From: an uncultured Spirochaetota bacterium
GTDB taxonomy: Bacteria; Spirochaetota; Spirochaetia; SZUA-6; Fen-1364
Direction of reading: 5' to 3'
DNA: 64,000 nt
Assembly: GCA_963845535.1 (NCBI GenBank)
Contig: CAWJSK010000004.1
Span: 160,001-224,000, forward strand
How positions within the stretch are numbered: position 1 is the stretch's first letter; every line of letters starts with the position of its first letter. The notes under the pieces are model-generated. The model did not search any database, had not been told where the DNA came from, and saw only the letters and a list, made by a program, of their open reading frames with translations. A program made the position numbers and the translations under genes. Positions 27,132-38,515 of this stretch are shown in pieces.

Positions 27132-29255
27132 GTGTTTGTCTCAATCAAAAAGCGCAATGGCACAATAGTCCCTTTCAAGCCAGAGAAAATCACGGCGGCA
27201 ATCAATCGGGCTGGAGAGGCCACCGGTGAGTTCGCAGAGGAGGCCGCGCAGAGGCTGACGCTGCGGATCCTCAATCTGGCGCAGCAGGCTCTCCCCGGAG
27301 AGATTCCCTCCGTGGAGCAGATCCAGGACATCGTGGAGGAAGTGCTGCTTTCCTCGCAGTACAAGCGCACGGCCAAGGCGTACATCATCTACCGCGAGCA
27401 GCACGCGCGCATCAGGGAGATCGTCTCCCGCGCGGACGTGGACCTCATGGACCGCTATATCGAGCGGGAGGACTGGCAGGTCAACGAGAACTCCAACATG
27501 GCCTACTCGCTGCAGGGACTGAACAACTATGTTTCCTCGGAAGTCAGCAAAATCTACTGGCTGAACAAGATCTACCCTCCCGCCATCCGGCTCGCGCACA
27601 CCGACGGGGATTTCCACGTCCACGATTTGGGAATTCTCTCGGTCTATTGCGTCGGGTGGGACCTGGAAGACCTGCTCGTCCAAGGGTTTCTTGGCGCCCC
27701 GGGAAAAGTGGAGAGCCGCCCGGCCCGGCATCTGCGAAGCGCTTTGGGCCAGATCGTGAACTTCTTCTATACGCTCCAGGGGGAAGCGGCCGGAGCACAG
27801 GCGTTCTCGCACTTCGACACTCTCCTCGCGCCTTTCATCCGGTTTGACTCGCTACGCTATGAAGACGTGAAGCAGGCGCTGCAAGAGTTCGTCTTCAACA
27901 TCAACGTGCCCACCCGCGTCGGCTTCCAGACGCCGTTCACCAACATCACCATGGACCTCAGGGTGCCCGCGCTGCTGCGGGACAAGCCGGTGATCTTCGG
28001 GGGAAGCTACCGGGAAGAGACCTACGGTGAGTTCCAGCCGGAAATGGAGATCCTCAACCAGGCGTTCCTCGAGGTCCTGTCGGAAGGGGATGCCAAAGGT
28101 CGCGTGTTCACGTTCCCCATTCCGACCTACAACATCACGCGGGACTTCCCCTGGGACGACCCGGCGTTGGAAGTGCTGTGGCGCGTGACGGCGCGCTACG
28201 GGATCCCCTACTTCTCCAACTTCGTGAACTCCGACATGTCTCCCGATGACACGCGGTCCATGTGCTGCCGCCTGCGCCTGGACCTGCGGGGCCTGGAGAA
28301 GCGTGGAGGAGGGCTCTTCGGCGCCAACCCGTTGACCGGCTCCATCGGCGTTGTGACCATCAACATGCCCCGGCTCGGATACCTGGCGGCGGACGAAGCT
28401 GAGTTCCTCGACCGCCTCGCTGACCTGATGGACCTGGCGCGCGAGTCTCTGGAGATTAAGAGGAAAGTGCTGGAGAGGTTCACCGAGAACAATCTCTACC
28501 CCTACACGAAGCACTACCTGCATGGCATCCGTGAGCGATTCGGCCAGTATTGGAAGAACCATTTCTCCACAATCGGCCTCGTCGGCCTGAACGAAGCCTG
28601 CGCGAACCTGATGGGAACCAACATCGGGACGGAGAAAGGCCAGCTGTTCGCGCTGCGGGTCCTCGACTTCATGCGCGACAGGCTGCTCACCTACCAGGAG
28701 CTGACCGGGAACAACTACAACCTCGAGGCGACCCCGGCCGAAGGAACTTCGTACCGGCTGGCCCGTATCGACGCGGAGAAGTACCCCGGCATCCTCTCGG
28801 GCAACGGGCATCGCGCGGATGAAGGTGAGCGCACGGACGGGGGGGAAGAGACGGGCAGGCGACTCCCCTTTTACACGAACTCCTCCCAGCTTCCCGTACA
28901 GTACTCAGACGACATCTTCGAGGTCCTCGATCTGCAGGACGACCTTCAGACCAAGTACACCGGGGGAACCGTCGTCCACCTCTTCGTTGGTGAGGAGATA
29001 ACGAATCCTGACAACGTCAGGAAGCTCGTGAAGCTCATCTGCGAAAGGTACCATCTCCCCTACTTCACCGTGACTCCAACCTTCAGCATCTGCCCCGTCC
29101 ACGGCTACCTCTCGGGCCGGCAGGAGCGCTGCCCGCACTGCGGCGCATCGGCGGAGGTCTATTCCCGCGTGGTGGGATATCTTCGACCCGTCAACCAATG
29201 GAACGAGGGCAAGGCCGAGGAGTTTCGGGAGCGCAAGACCTTCAAGCTGGGATAG
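27132..29255 (+). CDS. nrdD: Anaerobic (class III) ribonucleoside-triphosphate reductase with ATP cone
   Basis: N-terminal IKKRNG cone, SMCCRL, EATPAEGTSYRLA, zinc-binding Cys motif, glycyl-radical motif YSRVVGYL; GTG start with GGAGG. Confidence 0.93.
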   Translation: MFVSIKKRNGTIVPFKPEKITAAINRAGEATGEFAEEAAQRLTLRILNLAQQALPGEIPSVEQIQDIVEEVLLSSQYKRTAKAYIIYREQHARIREIVSRADVDLMDRYIEREDWQVNENSNMAYSLQGLNNYVSSEVSKIYWLNKIYPPAIRLAHTDGDFHVHDLGILSVYCVGWDLEDLLVQGFLGAPGKVESRPARHLRSALGQIVNFFYTLQGEAAGAQAFSHFDTLLAPFIRFDSLRYEDVKQALQEFVFNINVPTRVGFQTPFTNITMDLRVPALLRDKPVIFGGSYREETYGEFQPEMEILNQAFLEVLSEGDAKGRVFTFPIPTYNITRDFPWDDPALEVLWRVTARYGIPYFSNFVNSDMSPDDTRSMCCRLRLDLRGLEKRGGGLFGANPLTGSIGVVTINMPRLGYLAADEAEFLDRLADLMDLARESLEIKRKVLERFTENNLYPYTKHYLHGIRERFGQYWKNHFSTIGLVGLNEACANLMGTNIGTEKGQLFALRVLDFMRDRLLTYQELTGNNYNLEATPAEGTSYRLARIDAEKYPGILSGNGHRADEGERTDGGEETGRRLPFYTNSSQLPVQYSDDIFEVLDLQDDLQTKYTGGTVVHLFVGEEITNPDNVRKLVKLICERYHLPYFTVTPTFSICPVHGYLSGRQERCPHCGASAEVYSRVVGYLRPVNQWNEGKAEEFRERKTFKLG

Positions 29256-29362
29256 CGGAAGACTTCAACGCCGGCCAAACAGGGGCGGCGCAGGCCACGC
29301 CGTGGCGAGCCAACGGCAGCTCGGTGCATGCGGCCTCACGTGACGCGCTTCGAGGGAGCCCC

Positions 29363-30052
29363 ATGACCATTGGCGGACTACTGAAAATCACCCTGACGGA
29401 TTTCCCCGGCCGCCTCGCCGCGGTTCTCTTCACCCGCGGGTGCAACTTCCGATGCCCATACTGCCACAACCCCGAGCTGGTCGACCCGCTTCGCTATGTC
29501 GAGCCAGTTCCTGACGGGGAGGTTTTCGCTTTCCTTGAGAGCAGGGTCGGGCGGCTGGATGGCGTCGTAGTAACCGGCGGCGAGCCAACCCTGCATCCCG
29601 ACCTGCCCGACTTCCTTCAAAGGATCAGGCGGCTCGGGTTTTTCATGAAGCTTGATACCAACGGCAGCAACCCGGATATGATCGAAGAGCTCATCGAAAC
29701 GAAGATGCTCGACTACATCGCCATCGACGTCAAATCTGCCCCTGATTCCTATGCGCGCGTGTCGGGAGCTCACGCTGACATAGACGCTGTCCGCAGATGC
29801 ATCGAGCTGGCCATATCGTCGGGCCTACCGCATGAGCTGCGCATGACCTTTGTCGAGCCGCTGATTTCCTTGGACGACATGGCAGGCGTCGCCGTGCTTG
29901 CCCGTGGCTGCAAGCGTTTCCTCGTACAACCTTTTCAACCCTCAAAGGCGCTTGATCCTGGTTTTCTGCGTCTTCAAAGGCCTTCCGTAGAGAAGCTTGA
30001 GCAGGCACGCCTGATGCTCCAATCGCTGGGCCTGCCCGCGGCTCTCAGGTAG
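29363..30052 (+). CDS. nrdG: Class III RNR activating radical SAM enzyme
   Basis: DFPG, GCNFRCPYCHN, TGGEPT, KLDTNGS; follows nrdD. Confidence 0.9.
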   Translation: MTIGGLLKITLTDFPGRLAAVLFTRGCNFRCPYCHNPELVDPLRYVEPVPDGEVFAFLESRVGRLDGVVVTGGEPTLHPDLPDFLQRIRRLGFFMKLDTNGSNPDMIEELIETKMLDYIAIDVKSAPDSYARVSGAHADIDAVRRCIELAISSGLPHELRMTFVEPLISLDDMAGVAVLARGCKRFLVQPFQPSKALDPGFLRLQRPSVEKLEQARLMLQSLGLPAALR

Positions 30053-30174
30053 CCTTATATCCGCTGACAGCGTACGCCGCACCAGCTACACGGTTCGCTC
30101 TGGCTCCGATAGCTGCGCCAGCTACGTCGTTCCCTCAAGCCGCAAGAGCCACGAGAGCTGCGCAGGCGGGCGAG

Positions 30175-31713
30175 CTACCCCAGGACGACCTGCTCGGCAG
30201 TCACTATGACGTTATGCAGCTCCGCTGGGGTGGTCGCGGTCTCCAGCCTGTCCTCCAGGTAATCGCTTTCGAAAATGCCGGCGATGTGAGACAGCAGGAT
30301 CTGGTGGATGCGGGGGGTATCGGCGGGAGTCAACAGCAGGAACAACAGGTTGATGTCTTCGCCGGGCACAGGCGCGGGAATGGGAGCCTTGAGCCTGGCT
30401 ACGATCACCATGGGGTCGGCCAGCCGCTTCAGACGCGCGTGAGGGATTGCCAGCCGTCTTCCGACGTAGCTGCTCCCCAGCCTTTCCCTTTCAGCCACCG
30501 AAAGCATGATGGCCTCTTTCGAGACAGGAAGCTCCGCCACCTTGATGCGCTCGAGCGCGTTTCGAGAGGCTGAGACGATGCTGCTTCCTTCAACGTCGAG
30601 GAGGGTTCGCGCCGGAGTGAGGAGGTCAGCGAGTCGGATGGGAGGCTCGATCGGGTATTCTTCCTCAATCGTGCCGATGACTTCCTCCACGGCATCCTCG
30701 AGAGTAATGATGCCGCTCCACGCGGCGTCGGCGGCGAACACGAGGGCCATGTGGCAGGCCTTGCGCTGCATTTCGGAAAGGCGCTGCTCCAGCGAGTCTT
30801 CCTCCTTGAAAAACAGGCAAGGCCGAACAAAGCTCTTGAGGTCGTCAATTGCCCGGCCGGAACGCTCAGCCAGAAACAAGTCCTTGATATGGATATACCC
30901 AAGCGGCCTTTCGGGATTCTCTCCGACCAGCGGATACCGGGAGTAACGATTCTCGGCAATGATCCTGTCAACCTCGTCGCGGCTCTGGCTCAGGCTGAGG
31001 CTTCTCACGAGCCTCCTGGCGCGCATGGCGTTTCGAACGGTGAGCGTTCCCATGTCGAGGACGTTTTCCAGATGCAGCAGCCTTCGGAACGACAACGTTC
31101 CGCTCGTCTGGGACTGGTCGAGGATGATTCGGATCTCATCCTCGCTGTGGGTTCCCTGGCCGGTGGAGGGTGGAAGCCTGAACAGGCGAAGCACACCGTT
31201 GACCGTTGAGTTGAGCGCCCAGATAGGGACAATGAATACGTACCGAAAAACAAGCATGGGGTAAGCGGTGAAGAGCGCCGCACCCTCGGTCTTCCTGATA
31301 GCCACGGATTTCGGGACGAGCTCGCCGATCACGATATGGAGAAAAGACACTATGAAGTATGCGATTGCAATGGCCAGCGTATGCGCGCTTATTCGGGCGC
31401 CAAAGGGAGAGATCCCAGCCAGGCGAAACAGCGGTTCGAGCAGGCTGGCAAACCCGGGCTCACCGACGAACCCCAGACCAATACTGGCAAGCGTGATCCC
31501 AACCTGGCACACGGACAGGTACTCATCCAGGTGAGACTGGATCCGCTCGACGAGCTTCGCGCGCCTGTTGCCTTTTTCCGCAAGCGCCTCCATCTGCGTG
31601 GGTCGCGCCTTGACTACGGCAAACTCCGCAAAGACGAAAAAAGCATTCAAAAAGAGGAGCAAGATTACCAGGATGAGATACACAAAGACGAGCATAAGGA
31701 ACCTTGGGGGCAT
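30175..31713 (-). CDS. CNNM/CorB (hemolysin-family) metal transporter with a CBS pair, fused to a PTS EIIA type-2 domain
   Basis: NAFFVFAEFA, QVGITL, GELVPK, YSRYP, GIITLEDAVEEVIG, then ERERLGSS...LAIPHARL; start may be 31695. Confidence 0.88.
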   Translation of the reverse strand: MPPRFLMLVFVYLILVILLLFLNAFFVFAEFAVVKARPTQMEALAEKGNRRAKLVERIQSHLDEYLSVCQVGITLASIGLGFVGEPGFASLLEPLFRLAGISPFGARISAHTLAIAIAYFIVSFLHIVIGELVPKSVAIRKTEGAALFTAYPMLVFRYVFIVPIWALNSTVNGVLRLFRLPPSTGQGTHSEDEIRIILDQSQTSGTLSFRRLLHLENVLDMGTLTVRNAMRARRLVRSLSLSQSRDEVDRIIAENRYSRYPLVGENPERPLGYIHIKDLFLAERSGRAIDDLKSFVRPCLFFKEEDSLEQRLSEMQRKACHMALVFAADAAWSGIITLEDAVEEVIGTIEEEYPIEPPIRLADLLTPARTLLDVEGSSIVSASRNALERIKVAELPVSKEAIMLSVAERERLGSSYVGRRLAIPHARLKRLADPMVIVARLKAPIPAPVPGEDINLLFLLLTPADTPRIHQILLSHIAGIFESDYLEDRLETATTPAELHNVIVTAEQVVLG

Positions 31714-31794
31714 TCTCCGCCAGTAGTCAATTGGCTATTGGCAACCTTTTCGAAGGGCGGGCAATACGGTGTTCACCGAAGGAGTCCCATTCAA

Positions 31795-31840
31795 CGTTTC
31801 ACGTGGAACACTGTACGGCAAACGTTTCACGTGAAACGTT
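31795..31840. promoter_or_regulatory. Two tandem parS sites
   Basis: CGTTTCACGTGGAACA (31795-31810) and the perfect palindrome AACGTTTCACGTGAAACGTT (31821-31840) match the parS consensus TGTTTCACGTGAAACA. Confidence 0.92.
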
Positions 31841-31898
31841 GAGCCATCAAGCGGCGCTCATGGACCCCGGCGCGCCGCTGCTCTGGTGAGGAAGCGCC

Positions 31899-34358
31899 TC
31901 AACTTTCAGCCGGAGCGTCCCCACCGTCCTCTTCTTCTTTGACCACCCGCGCCACGCCGACCACCACGTCAGGTCTCGTGATATTGACGATCCGAACTCC
32001 CATTGCCGTCTTCCCGAGCGTTGCGACTTCCGAGAGTTTGAGCTTGAGAGTGTTGCCCTGGGAGGTGATGCACACAAGGTCGTCCTTGTCGCTCACGGAG
32101 AGGACCCCTACCACCTCTCCAGTCTTCTCAGTGGCTTTGTAGCAGATCTGTCCCCGCGTTCCACGACCGTGGGGAGAGAAGTTGTCATATGCCGTGCGTT
32201 TGCCAAAGCCGAACTCGCTCAGCAGGAGCATCTGCTCTCCCTGGGTTACCATGGCGACGCCGGCAAGCTCGTCCTTCTGTGAAAGCCTGATCCCCTGGAC
32301 GCCGTGGGACGCCCTGCCCATTGCCCGTACGGCCTCTTCGTTGAACCTGAGAGCCATGCCCTTTCGCGTCACAAGAACAACCTCATCAGCGCCCGAGGTA
32401 AGAAGCGCAGTAACCAGGCCATCTCCCTGATCCAGCTTGATGGCCACGATGCCTCTGGTCTTTGCGTTGGCGAACTCCGAGATCTTCACCTTCTTCACAA
32501 CGCCTTGCCGAGTGGCCATGAGAACGAACTTCTCGTCACTGAAGTTCCCGAGGTTGACCACCGCAGTGATCTCTTCCTCGCTGCCCAAGGAAAGAAGCAC
32601 TTTTATGCTCTGCCCTTTGGCCTGCCTGCTGCTCTCAGGGATCTCATGCACCTTGACCCAGTAAGCCTTGCCCTGGTTGGTGATGAAAAGGACGTAAACA
32701 TGAGTGGATGCGATGAAGAACTGCTCGATAAAATCATCCTCCTTCAACAGGGCCGAGGAGGAACCTTTCCCGCCCCTTCCCTGCCTCCGGTATGCAGTCA
32801 CCGGTATACGTTTTATATACCCGCGATTCGAGATGAGGATTGCCATGTCCTCTTCTGTAATCAGGTCCTCGACGTTGATCTCCTCCGCTTCCTCCTCAAT
32901 GATCTCTGTGCGCCGATCATCCCCGAAACTCCTGGATATGCCTTCCGTCTCTTCCTTCACAACGCCGTAGATTTTCTCCTCACTTGCAAGGAGGGCCTTG
33001 AGGGTTTCGATAAGGGCAAGGACCTCGGTGAGCTCGTCGATGACCTTTTGCACTTCAAGGCTGGTGAGACGTTGCAGACGCATATCGAGGATGGCTTGCG
33101 ACTGGCGCTCGCTCAGGGAAAACCGTTCCATCAGGCTGGTGCGGGCGGTGGCCGTGTCCGGGGACTTCTTGATGATCGCAATCACTTCATCAATGTTTTC
33201 CAGGGCGATCTTCAATCCCTGGAGGATGTGAGCGCGTTCTTCGGCTTTGGTCAGGTCAAACTGCGTCCTCCGGGTGACCACTTCTTTTCGATGCGCGATG
33301 AAGTGCTGGAGTATCTCCTTCAAGGTAAGGGTCTTGGGAAGCCCTTTTACCAGGGCGAGGTTGATCACCCCAAAAGCCGCCTGCATCTGAGTGTGCGCGA
33401 ACAGCTGGTTCAGGATCACCTTGGGCGATACGCCCTTTCGAAGGTCGATGACCACCCTCATCCCATGTCTGTCGGATTCATCGTTCAGGTCGACGATGCC
33501 GTCGATCTTTTTTTCCTTCACAAGGTCAGCTATCCGAATGATCAGATTGGCCTTGTTCACCTGGTAGGGGATCTCCGTGACGATGATGGAATCCTTGCCC
33601 GAGCTGGAGCTCTCCACGGCGACCTTGGCCCGGACAACGATCTTGCCCCTGCCCGTTGTGTAGGCGTCCCTGATGCCCTTGCGGCCGAGGATGATCCCCC
33701 CCGTCGGGAAATCAGGGCCGCGCACGATCTTCATGAGGTCCTCGTGACTCGTCTCGGGGGCATCAATGAGCTTTACAATTGCAGCGCAGATCTCGCGAAG
33801 GTTGTGGGGGGGCATGTTGGTGGCCATGCCCACGGCGATGCCGCTTGAGCCGTTGGCGGCGAGGAACGGGAACGCACCGGGAAGAACAAGCGGTTCCGTC
33901 TGGGAGCCATCATAGTTGGGACCGAAGTCGACGGTGTCCTTGTCGATATCTCGGAGCATCTCCTCCGCGACCGGATGCAGGCGGGCCTCGGTGTACCTGA
34001 CGGCCGCAGGGGGATCTCCATCGACTGAGCCGAAGTTGCCCTGCCCGTCCACCACCGGGTAACGCATGTTGAAGTCCTGGGACAGGCGCACAAGGGAGTC
34101 GTAGATGGCCATGTCGCCATGGGGATGATATTTCCCCAGGACATCACCTGTTATGCGGGCGCACTTCTTGTAGGGCCTGTCCGAGCGAAGCCCCATTTCA
34201 TTCATTCCGAAGAGGATCCTTCGGTGTACGGGCTTCAGGCCGTCACGCACGTCGGGAAGCGCGCGGGCGACGATGACGGACATCGCGTAGTTGAGATACG
34301 AGGTCCTGACCTCTTCCTCGATAGGAAGGGGGATGGTCCGGGATTTCACATCTGACAT
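31899..34358 (-). CDS. gyrA: DNA gyrase subunit A
   Basis: [29 protein letters not shown], GyrA-box QGRGGKG. Confidence 0.97.
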   Translation of the reverse strand: MSDVKSRTIPLPIEEEVRTSYLNYAMSVIVARALPDVRDGLKPVHRRILFGMNEMGLRSDRPYKKCARITGDVLGKYHPHGDMAIYDSLVRLSQDFNMRYPVVDGQGNFGSVDGDPPAAVRYTEARLHPVAEEMLRDIDKDTVDFGPNYDGSQTEPLVLPGAFPFLAANGSSGIAVGMATNMPPHNLREICAAIVKLIDAPETSHEDLMKIVRGPDFPTGGIILGRKGIRDAYTTGRGKIVVRAKVAVESSSSGKDSIIVTEIPYQVNKANLIIRIADLVKEKKIDGIVDLNDESDRHGMRVVIDLRKGVSPKVILNQLFAHTQMQAAFGVINLALVKGLPKTLTLKEILQHFIAHRKEVVTRRTQFDLTKAEERAHILQGLKIALENIDEVIAIIKKSPDTATARTSLMERFSLSERQSQAILDMRLQRLTSLEVQKVIDELTEVLALIETLKALLASEEKIYGVVKEETEGISRSFGDDRRTEIIEEEAEEINVEDLITEEDMAILISNRGYIKRIPVTAYRRQGRGGKGSSSALLKEDDFIEQFFIASTHVYVLFITNQGKAYWVKVHEIPESSRQAKGQSIKVLLSLGSEEEITAVVNLGNFSDEKFVLMATRQGVVKKVKISEFANAKTRGIVAIKLDQGDGLVTALLTSGADEVVLVTRKGMALRFNEEAVRAMGRASHGVQGIRLSQKDELAGVAMVTQGEQMLLLSEFGFGKRTAYDNFSPHGRGTRGQICYKATEKTGEVVGVLSVSDKDDLVCITSQGNTLKLKLSEVATLGKTAMGVRIVNITRPDVVVGVARVVKEEEDGGDAPAES

Positions 34359-34370
34359 GGCTTGCTGCCC

Positions 34371-36329
<1,959 letters not shown>

Positions 36330-36419
36330 TCAACACGAGCGGGTGAGGAAAAGTCGGCTCGTGGCCGTCAAAAACTCTTGCCGGATTTCTGGGGATGGGA
36401 TACACTGCGACCCGAAAGG

Positions 36420-36665
36420 CCGTGTGAATAATCTGTGGATAGTGTATGAAATATTTTACAGGCATTTGGGAATCCCCTTCTGACGTGCGCATGAGTACTA
36501 AAAGTCCTATATTTCAGAAAGAATCATTTGCATTTACTTATGCTCAATATAATTATGTTCCATCCTGTCCGGTACGCCATCCCGGACGCGCAATCCATGA
36601 GCGCTTTTCTCCATTCTCCCATGCTTCAACGGCCCCCCGGATTGTGCACAACCTGTGCATAAATT
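36420..36665. other. oriC part 1: DnaA boxes and an AT-rich tract upstream of dnaA
   Basis: TGTGAATAA 36423, TGTGGATAG 36434, TTGTGCACA 36642, TGTGCATAA 36654; AT-rich 36500-36560; gene orientation flips here. Confidence 0.75.
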
Positions 36666-36688
36666 GGCAATAAGAAGGGGACAATCTT

Positions 36689-38056
36689 ATGGAGTCTGGC
36701 AAGAGGGGCTATGAGGCCTTCTGGAAAGAGGCCGTGCGCGACATTTCAGAAGACCTTTCCGAGCAGGAGTTCTCCACATGGTTCCGCGGAATAGAGTTCG
36801 GCGGAGGCGGGGATTCTCAAGTGCTCATTTCCGTTCCATCCTCCTTCATCAAAGACCAAATAACGCAGCGATATCTCACGCGGCTTGAGGAAAAGCTCGA
36901 GGAACTTTCCGGCCAGAAGCTTTCTATCAAGCTGTCCGTGCAGAAAAGGGCCTCGGCACGGGGCTCTCATGAGGAGTCGGGGCGCGGGCAGAAGGCGGAA
37001 GAAGTCTCAACCCGCAAGCGACAACACCCCAACCTGAACAAAGAGTACACGTTCGAGCGCTTCATCATCGGAGAATCCAACTCCTTTGCCGCCAATGCCT
37101 CCCTGGCCATATCGAAGAACCCCGGAACCGGCTACAACCCGTGCCTGATCTACGGAGGGGTCGGCCTTGGCAAGACCCACCTGGTCCAGGCCATCGGGAA
37201 CTCGGTTTACCGGGAGTTTCCCGACCTCAAGGTGGCATATGTGACGGTTGAGACGTTCGCCAATGAGTTCATTCTTTCCATTCAAAAGAAGACCGGCCAC
37301 CAGTTCAAAAACAAGTACCGTTCGGTGGACGTGCTCCTGATCGACGACGTGCATTTCCTCGAAGGCAAAGAAGGAACGCAGGAAGAGCTCTTCCACACTT
37401 TCAACGCCCTCTACGACGCCAACAAGCAGATGGTCTTCACCTCTGACCGCCCCGTCTCTGAGATACGCAGCCTCTCTGACCGGCTGCGCAGCAGGTTTGA
37501 GAGGGGCCTCAATGTCGACCTTCAACCCCCCAATTACGAGACGCGCATGGCAATCCTCAATCGCAAGATCGAGGAAAAGAAAGTGGATATCCCGGATGAG
37601 GTCGTGGAGCTGATCTGCCGGAACGTCAACACAAACGTTCGGGACCTGGAGAAAGCGCTCACGAAGCTCATAGCGTATGCGGAGCTGGTCAACAAGGACA
37701 TCACGCTGGATATCTCCCGCCAGCAGCTCAAGGATTTCTTCGCGCAGCCGAGCCAGAAAAACATTACCATCGAGCTGATCCAGAAGATCGTGGGAGACTA
37801 CTTCGGGCTGTCATACAAGGACCTGCGGGGCAAGAGGAGGACAAAGGCCGTGGCCTTCCCCCGCCAGGTGGCCATGTATCTCTCCCGGGAGCTCACTGAG
37901 TACTCCACCACTGAGGTGGGCGCCGAGTTTGGAGGACGGGACCATACCACGGTCATGCACGCCTGCCAGAAGATTGAGGACAGGATGAAGCTGGACCCGA
38001 ACCTCGAGCCAACAGTCCAGGCGCTCGTCAAGAAGATCAAGGAAAACAATGCATAG
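36689..38056 (+). CDS. dnaA: Chromosomal replication initiator DnaA
   Basis: YNPCLIYGGVGLGKTHL, LLIDDV, RLRSRF, NVRDLE, FGGRDHTTVMHA. Confidence 0.98.
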   Translation: MESGKRGYEAFWKEAVRDISEDLSEQEFSTWFRGIEFGGGGDSQVLISVPSSFIKDQITQRYLTRLEEKLEELSGQKLSIKLSVQKRASARGSHEESGRGQKAEEVSTRKRQHPNLNKEYTFERFIIGESNSFAANASLAISKNPGTGYNPCLIYGGVGLGKTHLVQAIGNSVYREFPDLKVAYVTVETFANEFILSIQKKTGHQFKNKYRSVDVLLIDDVHFLEGKEGTQEELFHTFNALYDANKQMVFTSDRPVSEIRSLSDRLRSRFERGLNVDLQPPNYETRMAILNRKIEEKKVDIPDEVVELICRNVNTNVRDLEKALTKLIAYAELVNKDITLDISRQQLKDFFAQPSQKNITIELIQKIVGDYFGLSYKDLRGKRRTKAVAFPRQVAMYLSRELTEYSTTEVGAEFGGRDHTTVMHACQKIEDRMKLDPNLEPTVQALVKKIKENNA

Positions 38057-38223
38057 ACAGGGAGGTCGAGGGCGAGCGAGCGCAGGGATGCGCGGAAGCG
38101 AGCCCCCTAGCCAGGGACGCGTAGCACGGCCTTTCAGCCGTGCGGAGGGCGGCAGCCTTTGGCGAAGCCAACGGCGGGAGCCGCGAAGCTGCGCCGAGCC
38201 CATGGATGGGCGGAAGGCGCAGC
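38056..38223 (+). repeat. GGA-loop hairpin element directly after the dnaA stop codon
   Basis: GAC-AGGGAG-GTC, GCGCA-GGGA-TGCGC, C-AGGGAC-G, GCCCA-TGGA-TGGGC. Confidence 0.7.
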
Positions 38224-38249
38224 ATAGTCGGGGAGCCAGTCCCTCGGCG

Positions 38250-38500
38250 GTTGTGCATGCCTTGTGGGAAACACAAGCGATATGAGGCTCGAGGTTGTGT
38301 GCTACTCTGTTGACAAGAGAACCAACATTGTGGGAAATGCCGACTACTGGTTAGGAAAGAAGGAACATGTGAACACTCTGTGGAAAAAGCCGGGAGGTTG
38401 TCCCACCGCTTATCTCCTTGAAGACCATGCAAATAAGACCCTTATCCACATATTCACTGTGCCTACCGGTACTACCGGCTTTCTTTATCTTATTAAAGAC
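38250..38500. other. oriC part 2: DnaA-box cluster with unwinding module upstream of dnaN
   Basis: Several TGTGGRAAA-like boxes; TTATCCACA 38442 overlapping ATATTCACT, then GTGCC, TAC-CGG-TAC-TAC and an AT-rich run. Confidence 0.8.
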
Positions 38501-38515
38501 TAGAAGAAGGAGGAG

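Noticed and set aside
30060..30170. Short CAGCTAC/AGCTGCGC repeats between nrdG and the CNNM gene
   Set aside because: Short and irregular; compatible with hairpins between convergent genes, with nothing further to support a call.
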